NCBI GenBank assembly: GCA_002633005.1
Contig: NMRA01000849.1
Span: 1,024 to 65,023 of the forward strand
From: Phoronis australis
Lineage: Eukaryota > Animalia > Phoronida
Direction: 5' to 3'
Length of the DNA: 64,000 nt
The notes under the pieces are model-generated. The model was given only the letters and a program-made list of their open reading frames with translations, searched no databases and was not told the origin of the DNA. The position numbers were made by a program, and so were the translations under genes. Numbering within the stretch: the stretch's first letter is position 1; each line of letters starts with the position of its first letter. Shown piece by piece: positions 26,925 to 38,647 of the stretch.

Positions 26925-27276
26925 TATGCTACAGCTAGTGCTGCGAAGCCTTGACTTGTGATGAACTTCTCAGACACGTTCAGCAACTGTTACACTCGTC
27001 GATTCAATAACCTGCTGTCTCTATAGCTGGCTCTCTATTGACTATCGCTTTAACTGCTGATTCTCTTCACTGCAACTCAACTGTAATTCTCCTGGTTAAC
27101 TTTCTTGAACTGACTTGATCTTACTTAAACAGACTTGATCCGCCTAACACAAACCCGTGCTTGTGTATTTATAGCTTATTGCATTGTTCTGGAACTTTGC
27201 ATGAATTCAAGCACATTCTAGAACTTTCCTGAATCTACCCATTCATTCTACAAGCAATATCGTATATTGGCTAACA
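26800..27276 (-). mobile_element. Possible solo LTR with TATA box and heat-shock elements
   Basis: TGTTAC...CTAACA termini, minus-strand TATAAATA (27166-27173), HSE arrays at 27186-27234. No TSD found. Confidence 0.4.
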
Positions 27277-27344
27277 TTTATCGCACAACCTGTATTTCTT
27301 CCGGAACAAACGACTTTAACAAAAATTTTCTTAAGGAGAATTAA

Positions 27345-28135
27345 TGTTGCAAGCCAATTTGATAGAAAGAACACCCATTTTAGTTCACGATAGTTTGATT
27401 TATTTCAGCCAGTGTTTTATTGCCTTGGAGTCATCGCTAATGCAGCAATTACCCTGATCCACACGAAAGGAGCGAGAGCAAAGTTTCTGATGGCGACGGG
27501 TCTTGACTACCACCTTAGTTGCAAATGACAAATTTTTAAAGACATTTTGGTGGAAGGAAATATAAGCACGCATTTATCTGCTGGCAGGTTGACAGATTTT
27601 TACCAGTGAAACAGCAGACGATCGCCTTTGAGAAAGGCGGGCTAGTTTAAAATATGGCGGTATAGTCCCGTGTTTTAAGCAGCTTAAAAAGATGAAAGAA
27701 ATATCAGTGTTCCTATGATGTCAAACCTATCTGAAATAGTGGTGGTAGCAACTGATCAAACCGTGACGTGTATACGTAAAAATGGGAGGTCTAGCTGGGG
27801 AAATAAAAAATATTTTGCCACTCTGAAAGGACATGATCATTTTGCTCAAGCCTCGTCTATGTCGATAGTTTAAGGGGTCAATTGTCCGAAAAAGCTGACT
27901 GTCGGCTTTCTCGTTCTATTTTGTTAATGTTTCTTAGGCCGAAGCACATATAAATAAACACACAGTTTAGACATTCTACTATTAATGGACGCGAAGCCAC
28001 GTGTCTCATGAGGCGCCATTTTTTGTGTTGCAGTCCACTGTCAACAACACGCGCGGTTGTAGGTAGATAAGGGAACTTGGTATTATTAACCCTTTTGCTA
28101 CATCGCATAAAAACTCATACTAAACATCGCTGACT
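27345..28135. repeat. Dispersed repeat in gene B intron, inverted homologue of 12560-13385
   Basis: Colinear reverse-complement similarity; an (AGT/AAT)n tract at about 28390-28550 mirrors the microsatellite at 12413. Confidence 0.85.
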
Positions 28136-28907
28136 TCGACGTTGGCCATTCTTGCCTCGTCCCTCTTTCAATGAAACTTAGTTCAAATCACCCACTAAAT
28201 CACTGTGCTCTAAAAATATAGAAGCTTGTTCCACACAAAATTGTTTTGTACTGTTCGTTACCAGCGTTTCTAATGATCCGGTGACCGCAGCCATAGCCGA
28301 CTGGTCACCAGTTCTCGAAAAATGTCTGCCTCGAAAGTTCAAATTAACGCAATGTTGTATTCTGTATATTGTACTGTGTCGTCGTTAATTTAGTAATAAT
28401 AATGATAATGATCTTGATAATGGTTCTAATGATAAAAATAACGAGTAATAATAGTGAAAGTAGTAATAGTGCAGTAATAGTAGTAATCGTAGTAAATGGT
28501 AGAAATATAAGTAATAGTAGTAATAGTTATGTAATACTAATGAAATGATAATGGGAAGCTAAATTCACGCACTGTCAGCCCAAAAGGCATTTCTACAAAA
28601 CGGGTATACGCCAAGTGCTGCCCAAAAGGGTGTTTTCACAATAAAAAATACTCTCCAAAATGGTGCCATTTTCGACAAAGGACTACCCAAAAGGGTTTCT
28701 TTTCTGGATTTTCTGGAACAGATCTGTGCAAAAATGTGAATGTTTACACACACTTACTCTCTAAATGGGTCACCTTTTTGTCCGAGCCCACTCTCTAAAT
28801 GGGTAGGTATCCAATTTTTGGGTGACATCCCTCGTCTTAAAATACTCGAGTAGCCCCCCGGCCGTGTCATATACCACTTGTTCCTGATTTTAGTCGTTTT
28901 CTTTGTA

Positions 28908-29100
28908 ATATGATGCTGGTTTCGTAAAATGCGACAATGGTACATTTCTCGCATACGCATTCGACGTAAATTGTAACAATTATGTAAAATGTAACAACTT
29001 GTCACAATTTAGGAGAGCCTTAGCAACGTAAAATGTAACAATGACGTAAAATGTAACAGTTGTTAGATTTTACGAAATTGTTACATTTTACGGCGTATCA
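28908..29100. mobile_element. Short MITE-like repeat next to the gene B exon acceptor
   Basis: Direct copy of 13778-13921 with extra subrepeats; ends 21 nt before exon start 29122. Confidence 0.7.
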
Positions 29101-29121
29101 GTGCACTACTGCTCTCTACAG

Positions 29122-29280
29122 GCAAATGCCAGTTGCTTTTTTGGCGACTTCCTGAACATGGTTGGAAGTTATGTTTGTGAACAACTCGACATTCCTGGGG
29201 ACAGCTACGAGAGTAACAAGGTGTGTTTACTGAAAGATATGACGCAGGAATACGTGCTTAGAATCCCGGAAACCGCGAAG
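29122..29280 (+). CDS. CARNS1-like: Gene B exon
   Basis: ctctctacag| acceptor and AAG|gtgagt donor; 159 nt; paralogue of 6244-6402. Confidence 0.88.
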
Positions 29281-29765
29281 GTGAGTGATTATAAAAATGT
29301 GTGGATACAAAGATCGGTCACCCTTTAATGTGGGGGTAAGTTACGATTGGGGAAAGAAAACACATACTTTTAGTAGCCTAGAATCTTCCTGAGAGTCTCG
29401 CAGGTGAATTGATGAACACTAGTGATGACAACAGTTGAGACTCGATGAGTGTTGTAAGATCACAGTCAAAGACCCAATGATCACAGGGCTGGCGCTTACC
29501 CCATTACAATAGCTGGATACGGTCTACGGGCCGGAAATTTGCAAAAGTTTTGCCCTCAAATGGAAAATATTTACCTTTATGTAGCTCGACTGACCTACGC
29601 AACTTTTTCAAATAAACGTGCTTGTTGTCATAGGTGAGTTCAATCTTGCGAACAGATGAATTTGTTAAGCTGTGTCTAGACGGCCAGAAGTCCCAGCACA
29701 ATTCCCCCCATTTCTCTCTCATTTTGCCATCTAGATATCTCAGTCACTAGTGTTTATTATTACAG

Positions 29766-29984
29766 TATGGGGTGCCTAGCTACTCTGTGAACACTGAGAA
29801 AGAACTACTGGCGGTGTCCGCCAAATTAACGTTTCCTGTTGTCATGAAACCTCTGTGTGGAAGTTGTTCTATTGGATGCAAAGTTCTCTACGACACGACC
29901 GACTCTTTAAATTTCTTAGGAGAATTAGCCACTGGTATGGTTTGTGGAACAGCAGTGTGTGGAAGATTTTCATACACTCAGTCG
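29766..29984 (+). CDS. CARNS1-like: Gene B exon with FPVVMKP motif
   Basis: ttattattacag| acceptor and TCG|gtaagg donor; 219 nt; paralogue of 6888-7106. Confidence 0.88.
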
Positions 29985-30515
29985 GTAAGGTTTGGTGCTA
30001 ATAGCTTGAGAGAGAAGGTTTGTGGTAAAGACAGAGACCGGTGGTTAGGTACTTACAACGACCAATAGCAGCATGTGAAAAACTGTTATAAGCGCAGTCG
30101 GTAATGTTTTGTGTTGTAAAGGATGGGGTAAGGAATGGTAAACACAGTGAGCAAAAGTAAAATATAGCTAAAGCGTTTCGTTTTTCAATGTCTTCATAAC
30201 CCTACTTTTTTAAGATTAAGCTAATCCGTCACATACGAACTTTTGGACGGTTGCAAACTGTTTGCACCATGAATCACTATTAGCAGCAAAATCATTATTT
30301 GCAGCTCATTGACCTCTTATTGAAATTCAGTGTAAAGTTCACATCAGTGAAATCCAAATTTGCCAGATGCTGCTAGTGAAGAAAGGGTTATGCTTATAGA
30401 AATGCCATTATTCTGATAATTGCATATCTTTTGCTCTTGACCGTAGGGACCTTTCTTGATTTGTGCCACATAGCAAATATCGAGTCCCCGACTGAAGACA
30501 TTATTTATTTTTCAG

Positions 30516-31211
30516 GTGCTTGTGATGGAATACCTGAAAGGTGTCAAATATTCAGTTGACGTGGTAATTTCGCAAGGAAAACTTATTGGCGGCTTTGTTG
30601 TTGAGAGAGGACCTGCCCCACTTCCGGAATTTTGGAACACTTCTGTAATCGTTCCTGGCGCCTCAGCCGAAGTACATGAGGAATTGGTCGAAGCTTCGTA
30701 TCAGTGCTGCTTATCTGTCGGTCTTCGCCACGGAGTCTACAACCTCGATTTTATCCATGACAAAGGAAACGCCTCGCCAAAGTTAATAGAAATCAACCCA
30801 CGTCCTTCAGGTAATAAGATGGGCTCATTACTTGAATTGGCGTACGGTAATGATGTTGATGTAATAAATGCAAAGCTCCGCTGTGGCATAGATCTTTCCC
30901 CTGACGAGATGAAGATCGAACCGAAAAGACACGCGGCTGCCTATTACTTCTATTTGGACTGGCGCAAAGAGAAGTTGAAAACAGCTTATGGCCACATGCT
31001 ATCAAATGCTAAAAAATATGATGTCGGAATGATTAATCCAGGCCCGAAAACAATGACTGAAATGATGTACGAAAAACCCATCTACCTGGATTTGGCTCTC
31101 ATAGTGGTGACGTCCGACGAATCAAGATGTGGGGCGATCAATAAATTATGTCGGTTTCTCGTTGATTCAAAGTACTTCGACAACACGGAAGAAGCATTAT
31201 CGCAGTTTTAA
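30516..31211 (+). CDS. CARNS1-like: Gene B terminal exon, ATP-grasp catalytic core
   Basis: ttatttttcag| acceptor; MEYLKG..YSVDVV, GVYNLDF and PKLIEINPR motifs; 696 nt, as in gene A. Confidence 0.9.
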   Translation: MLVMEYLKGVKYSVDVVISQGKLIGGFVVERGPAPLPEFWNTSVIVPGASAEVHEELVEASYQCCLSVGLRHGVYNLDFIHDKGNASPKLIEINPRPSGNKMGSLLELAYGNDVDVINAKLRCGIDLSPDEMKIEPKRHAAAYYFYLDWRKEKLKTAYGHMLSNAKKYDVGMINPGPKTMTEMMYEKPIYLDLALIVVTSDESRCGAINKLCRFLVDSKYFDNTEEALSQF

Positions 31212-31367
31212 AAGAAACGATTTTTATATGTTAACTTTTGCAGATTACCTGCTAACGCCTTGTTCCCTTAAGTAAGTAATTCAGCGACCTTCTCAGTTAA
31301 AATGCAACTCGACATTGATGGATTACGGCAATTAACCCGCCTTCCACAAAAAACATGCGTCTTAATA

Positions 31368-31851
31368 CATAGAGACTTTGTACCACTATTTTGTCATGAT
31401 AGATTTACCTTTTATTTCGCCGACCCGTGGTCTCTTTTTCATGTTTGAACACTAGCTTCTTGGGACGATATATATATTCTCACTACGTATCTCGACCAGT
31501 AAGAGTGTATATTTTGTCAGTAGCACTTCAAAGAGGCAACATCGTACTACCAACCACCAAATATGGAATCAATGTTTATAGAGGAGAAACAGCACGTTAA
31601 CGTGGGTACTTACATTCAGTAACAATTTGACTATTTTTCGATATTTCATGCGGTGATTACTTTTTAATTATAGGAAAATATATTAAGGGTTTTTTGAAAA
31701 AAATGTGGAACACCCCTGTTGTCCTCCACCTATGATGGTGGAAGTTCTTTGCAAGCCTATAGTGACAAATTGTCCACATTGTAATTGTGATCATACATCC
31801 TTGAACTGTTAGGTCTAAGGTATAGAAGCGCGTAATCAATATGGACCTTGG
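31368..31851. repeat. About 480-bp inverted repeat, left arm (pairs with 38185-38645)
   Basis: Colinear reverse-complement similarity, e.g. gtcctccacctatgatggtggaagttctttgc vs gcaaagaacttccaccatcataggtggaggac. Confidence 0.9.
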
Positions 31852-34800
31852 GAAGCAATGTTGCACACAGATTACACCTGCCCTCTGGTACATGTAGGCC
31901 TACGTCAAGTTCCACTTACACATTTCTTTTCGTTTCAAAAAGAGACGCAAGGCACTGACAGTACAGCTAGCGTGATCACACGCTTAGATTGCCATCATGC
32001 GCTGACCTGAAATACCTCGCGAATGTTTGCGTGTTCTCGTTTCTCAGTGTAAGAATCTTTCGTATGCACCAGTAGGGCTTAGACGTTTCCCCGTTGTACA
32101 CTTATTTACGGCGACAAGACTAAATAACACGCTAATTAACAGCATGTATTTCAGAGCGGACAACTAGTGGTTGGATTAATTATTTTCGCGCAAGTTGACT
32201 GCATTTGAAATTTTTTAATGCCGGCTGATTGTCGAGTGCTGGCTTAGGAAGTGGTTTTGGTTGTTTCGGTACGTCAAAACCGCTGATATCTATCCCATAA
32301 GTTCCACATATTTAAGCCCGCTACAAACTCTCACTCCGTCCAAGGAGCTACCTTTGATTCAGATCAGTTACCACAGTAAACTTGGTCTCAACTTGTTCCT
32401 TACTCAGAAGAGCAATGATTTCGGGTTTCCAAATTGAATTTACAATTCTTTATTCATTGAGACCATATGCGCATTGTCAAGCCAGCTTGTAGACTCATGT
32501 CTTAAGCAATAACGAACTGCCTGTTCTTTCAAAACTTTGAAATCCTCTCCATTTTGGGTAAAGTATTTTACTTCGATTTCACAACGGTGTGTGGTCTAAA
32601 GTGGGCAATAGTTTGATATAACGTGCACGCATTTTGAGAATCAGTTTGATGTTCGTTATGTAGTGGGGAAAACTAGTTCTCAAAATTCGGGCACTTTATA
32701 TCAGACCATTACCTTAAAGTGAACAAAACTGAAAGTGACTATTTAGTAACAACAATTAAGAGTGAACACTTACTGCTCCGAAGCTTATAAATAAGATACT
32801 CATGCAACACGTAATCTGTTTTGTAAGATATTAGTAGATAATTAAAACAAGCACAAATGTTATACAATAATTGATGAACATGCATATTACAGACTGCACG
32901 ATGTCTTTATCTAAAAATGGTACACTAATATTTGGCATTTTTCGCAATAAACCTGACTGCCTTTGCCAATGTCGTTTCCAACAGTCCATATGGCCACTTC
33001 ATTTTCAACGATTCTTCACCAATAAAAAATTTGAAACGATGGTAGGCCATAGAGGCTACGCGAGAACTTCATTCCTGGCATTTTCTTTTTGCGCTTTCTC
33101 AATCCAGTGACACGTTGTTCACTTTGAAACACGAATGGTCAATGTAACGAAATTCGCTTGGACAATACAGTTTAACCAGAATTAGTTCAAGGGAGGACAA
33201 TGACTTTTCGTTTTGATATCTCCCGTCCTGGATTAACTTAGAAACATTTAGTATGTCTTTAAATTCCGTTTGGATGGTGTTAAGAATTGTCGATTGAAAG
33301 CCCCGGTTGCTTTTTTCTTCTTCTTTCAGTCAAAAGATGACTGACCCTTTGAGAACAGATTTCTTCAAAGCAGCCGAAACACCGGGAAAGACGCGATCAG
33401 ATTACTCGGCACAACGACTAGGTGAAGATTAAGCGCTGAACATTTTTGAAAATAATGGATTCAAAAAGTTCTTAGCTAAATACAAAGAGGCCCTTCAGGA
33501 AACCAAAGACCAACAAAAGTCCTCAACACTGTAATAGCACTGACAGTGCAGTTTGTCAGGGAAACAAAAGTAATATCGCATTGTAAAGATTCATACCTCG
33601 CGAAAAGACAGTTCTTACATGTCAACCAAACCAGTTATTAATGTCAGTCACAGCGCAAGCCATGTATACATGAGGATAGGGCGTCATCATTCTCCCTCAA
33701 ACACGATTTGCGAACGAAAGAACAAAGACAGGTAACTTGTCCCACAGAACAATGACACGTTACGGAGAAAGAACGAGGACCAGCACCAGTAACTAATTAA
33801 AGCATGTAGCTGACTTCAGAATCAACTGAACACATGCCTGAATAAAAAACAAACAATCAAAGTAAAAGAAGTTCATCTTCATAATATTTCACAAATAACA
33901 TAATTTTATTATTTTGTGTATCAGAATCAAATATGTATTAACAATTAACATCCCCCCTTACTTAAAACCTCTTTCAAGTAAACCTCAAAAATCCTAAGTT
34001 GCAAACAAACCGCACTGTACTAAAAGTTTTTCCACTACCCTAGTAAACTAACTAACTAACACTGAACTAGTGCGTCTCATAGTCTTCCAGATATTTGGGT
34101 GGGTTAACCACTCTTCCCGCCCGCGTTACAATTCGAAACCTTTCTGAAGATTCTAGCGAGGGTCACGGAGGTTCCTGTGTAGCCTACTGGAATCTCTAGT
34201 TGTTTGCATATCCGACGGTACAGTTAACTCAGGAGTCGGGGATTCGACAGATTCGTGATACGGACGAAGGTCGTGTCTGTCGCGACGAAGTAATTCCTGA
34301 ACGAACTCGACTGAATGAGACCTGTTGGACAGCTGCTTATGTACTTTCACATCTTTCCATTGTATGCGATGAGAGTTAAAGTCCCTGACTAGGACTGGTG
34401 CTCCTTCTTTAATGGTTCAAGAGGCCTGATGTTCTTGTTGTAAAACTTAGCTACTTGTTTTCTCCGATTCTCTTTTTCTACTCTGTTTCTTAGAGATGGG
34501 CCATCTATTTTCAACAACGACGGCAACGGTGTTCTCGTGGATCTGCCCAGCAACCGCTCTATGGGACTCGTTGACAAGGTAGCTGTAGAAGTATTACGGT
34601 ATTCTAGTAAGGCTAACTGGGGATCATTAGACCTCTTCAGTAATCTTTTCGCAATTTTGACCGCCGATTCTGCTTTTCCATTAGAGCGGTAGTGGTGCGG
34701 TGACGACAAAGTGTGATGAAAGCTCCACGCTTTGCTGACCTCAGCAAACTCTCTGGACGTGAACTGGGCTGCATTGTCGCTTTGGAGGAAATGTGGAACA

Positions 34801-37800
34801 CCTAAACGCGCACATACACGTTTCAACGTGTTCACAGTGGTACTCCAAGTAGCATCTTCCAGCTTTTCCAACTCTAGATAATCTGAATGATAGTCCACTG
34901 TCACCAAGTAATCAACACCCGCATGTGACATAAGATCGATCCCCAACTTTAATCCATGGCTGATCCGGTATTGAGTGTTGGAATAGCTTATCTGCGGAGT
35001 TGCGTGGAGCATATCTTTGACACGAGTCCCATTGTTCGATGATGCGACGTATGTCTTTACATGTAGTTATACCGGCCAAAAGATTGTTCGTCGAGCTCGT
35101 CGCAGTGTTGAAGCTAGCCCCTGATGGCTGGCGTGTATCAAACTCAACATGTGATTTCTCAAAGATTTCGGAATTCCAATCTTATTCCCCTTGATCACCA
35201 AACCATGATCTATAGCCAGTTCCTAACGAACTGATCAGAATGGTGCCAAGTCATCAGTGCACTGCTGCCAATCCGAGGCGATGCTTTGGCATAAGTTTTG
35301 AAGTTATTTTTCGTCCTTGGTACATGTATGATTGCGCACCAACTCTAGCATCGGATCTACAAGTGGCGGATCAGCGGTGATCCTTGCTTTTTCAATGGAG
35401 GAAAAACATGATCGTAATCCATGTCTATCGCCGTTTCGGTAAGGGGATTTCTCAACAACATGTCGGCCGTTATTTGTTCTGCCCCCGGTCTCCATTCGAT
35501 TTTGAATGCATATCTTTGAAGTGTCAGGATCATAGCTTGCAAGCGTCTCGGAGCCAGTAACAGTGATCTGTTGAGAATGTACACCAACGGCTGATGATCT
35601 GTTTGAATTGTAAGCTCTGCGTGGCCAAACAGAAATTGCTCAAACTTTCTTGTTGCAAAAAACAATTGCTAGACACTCAAGCTCAGTCGGGGCATATCTT
35701 TTTTCTGCGTCATTTAGCGAACGAGATGCATAATCTATAGGTCTGCCTTCTTGCATAAGAACTGCCCCCAGGCCAGCTGTGCTTGCATCTTTCTGAATGG
35801 CTGCTGGTTTCCGACTGTCAGAATACTCCAGCACATTGTCGATACTAACTTCGTTTACCAACTTTACATACTCTTGTTGCAGGCCAGTTCCCCACACAAA
35901 ACTAGCTTTTGCAGCTTGTAAAAGACGAGGGAGTGGTTCGCACTCAGCCGATAAGTTCGGAATGAACTTAGACGTGTAACTAATATGTGCCAGGAATTGG
36001 CGTACTTGGTCAACATCTTTGGGCGGGGACATTTCACGAATGGTCTTGAATTTCTCCGGAATCCGGCTTGACGCCCTTTGCGGTCAATACATGCCCAATA
36101 TAGGGGAATTCTTCCTTTAAGAAGACACATTTCCTTCTGTTAAGTTTAAGACCAGACTCTAGCAGTAGCAGTTGCTTTAAATTTTGATCATGGTCCGCAA
36201 GGTCACAACCATAAATAAGTTTGTCGTGTGCAACGACCGTTACCCCCTTTAAGCCGTGTAGAACATGGGTAAGTCGCCTCTGAAATTCTTCTGGGGACGT
36301 TGAAAGACCGAAAGACATTCGCAGCCACTTGCACCGCCCTCCTGGTCCCCAGAATGTGGTAAGCTCTGCTGACTTGTCACTAAGGCGTACTTGCAGAAAT
36401 CCGTCGCTAGCATCACATAGAGAAAAATGTTTCGCTCCTGCGAATTCAGGCAAAACATTTTCGATACAGGGCATAGTGAAATGGTTGCGTTTTACAGCTG
36501 AATTCAGATTTTTGGGGTCTAGGCACAAACGTATCTGACCGTTCGCTTTCCGGACCGGTTGGGCGTGACAGATCCATTCGGTAGGATGGTTTACCTTAGC
36601 TATAATGCCGCGCTCCTCCAACTCGTCGAGTTTCTTTTGCACGCTGGCTTTCATAGACAAAGGAATTTTGCGAGGTTTAACCTGGACCGTTCGTACCTGC
36701 TCATCTAACTCTATGTGGTATTCCCCAGGAAGCGTCCCGAGGCCGGTAAACACGTCTGAGAATTCTTTCAGAAGGGTACCCAAACCTTCCTGAACTAGAC
36801 TGACGCTTTCGCACACTGTGATGAAACCATACTCGACACACAATTTGCCTGAAAACAAACTGGGGTGTTTGGTATATACCACCAAACACTGCGACTCTCG
36901 GTCACTCCCATTAACTGCAGTGCGCAGCTTGCAGGCCCCCAACGCTTTTAGTTTCGTGTTATTGTACACGTCAATGGTATGCGGAGTTGGTATCAACGCT
37001 GGGCTTCCCAATGTTTCATAGTCGCCGTAGGCTAGAGTGTTAGTAGTTGTTCCCAAATCCAATTGGAATTTTAATCTCGTTTTGCCCTCGCGGCACTGTA
37101 TGGGCAAGTGCGCAAACCATTTGCAACCACAATGGGATTGTGAAACGTTAATCAGGTAGGCTTCCTCATCGGAGGACGCTTAAAAAATTTATGTGTCTGA
37201 CTGGAGAAAATGATTCGTCTGTTCATTACTTTGTTTTGCGCTGGGGCAACAGACGGCATAGTGGTTACGGCGGTTACAGTTGTGGCACGTTTTAGTGTAT
37301 GCCGGGCAACGACGGGGAGCGTGATTTGTTGCATAATTGCCACACACTTGTGGCTGCTGAGTCGATGGTCCTTTCTTAGGTTTTGCATTGGTTTTAAACG
37401 CTTTCTTAGATTTTGCAAAGGTTTTAATGGCATTTACCGCTTCATCCTTGCGGACACTTTTCAGGTCTAAAGCAGCGGTCTCATCTGCGCGACATATTTT
37501 TAACGCCTGATCCAATGTAATGGCTTACTCTTCAAAACGTTTTCTTCTCGTTCGTTCATTGTCGATACATATTAACAATACTTGTAGTATCAAGCGGTCG
37601 TACATGTACATTTCAGTGGGGAACGCGCAGTCACGCGCTATCGCGTGCAGTTCAGTTCAGTTACGTAGCCTTCTATAGACCTACTGCCTTGAAGTTAAGT
37701 GAGTAATTTATGTGTCTGAGCGACAACGTTTATCCGCGGTTTACAAAACCGTGGACGCTTTTCCAGTACCTTTACGAGGTCTTCTTTGTCTATTTCTGCT

Positions 37801-38003
37801 TTCCATTTGAAAGAGTCAAAAATATCATTCCCATATTCACCAATTGTTCTCTGAGGCAGAGCCACCTTGACTTTGTCCGCTACATTGTCTCGGTTTGTGG
37901 CTGTCAAGAAACTTTCGAAATTCCTCTGAAATCTTTTCCATTGTTCCGGCAGGTTTCCACCCTGGTTTAAGGGTTCGAGCGCTAGAAACTTATCCGCGAC
38001 ATT

Positions 38004-38020
38004 CCTCACTCGGGGCACCA
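38004..38020 (-). promoter_or_regulatory. Primer-binding site complementary to elongator tRNA-Met 3' end
   Basis: TGGTGCCCCGAGTGAGG directly after the LTR-terminal CA; resembles the complement of the tRNA-Met(e) 3' end (recalled). Confidence 0.75.
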
Positions 38021-38184
38021 TGTAAATAGTTCGTGTGTCAGTGCAGTAGTAGTGACGATGTTGTCTGATATGTTCAACCGCGTACTACTTAAATGTAACT
38101 GACCACCATTGTGTCAAGAACCGGAAACTGTTTATTGTTGTGCTCTAATGAACAATGCAGTACGAACATATAAACATATAAACA
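38021..38184 (-). repeat. 5' LTR of the Gypsy element
   Basis: TG...CA termini, AATAAA on the minus strand, abuts the PBS. The outer boundary is inferred. Confidence 0.6.
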
Positions 38185-38645
38185 CCAAGGTCCATATTGA
38201 TTAGACCTAACAGTTCAGGGTTACATGATCACAATTACACTGTGGAAAATCTGTTGCTATAGGCTCGCAAAGAACTTCCACCATCATAGGTGGAGGACAA
38301 AAGGGGTATTCCACATTTTTCCTATAATTGAAATGTAGTCACCACATGGAATACGGAAACAATAGTCAGTGTTACTGATTGTAGGTACCCACGTTAATGA
38401 TATTAATGTGAAGTGCTGTTTTATCCTTTATAAACATTGATTTCCTTATTTGGTGGTCGGTAGTACGATTTTGCCTCTTTGAAGTGTCACTGCCAAAATA
38501 GGGCCTATTCACTCTTAATGATCGAGATATGTCGTGAGGATAAAAATCGTCCCAAGAAGTTAGTGTCCAAAAATGAAAAAGAAACCACATGTCGTCGAAG
38601 TAAAAGTAATCTATCATGACAGTAGTGATACAAAGTATCTGTATA
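38185..38645. repeat. Inverted repeat, right arm
   Basis: Reverse complement of 31368-31851; starts exactly at the inferred Gypsy 5' LTR boundary. Confidence 0.9.
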
Positions 38646-38647
38646 GG

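Larger units (their letters stand above)
33935..38184 (-). mobile_element. Decayed Ty3/Gypsy LTR retrotransposon (Mag-like)
   Basis: Order gag (37695-38021), CCHC knuckle (CHNCNRRNHYAVC), protease (FQLDLG), RT (catalytic motif decayed to VAHDKL), RNase H (DASTAGLGAVL), integrase (SDNAAQF, SNGKAESAV), C-terminal RAGRVVNPPKYLEDY. Many frameshifts. PPT AAGGGGGGA at 33951-33959. Confidence 0.92.

Noticed and set aside
38019-38021. ATG start of the Gypsy gag ORF
   Set aside because: It is formed by the LTR-terminal A plus the PBS TG; it cannot be supported as the true start.
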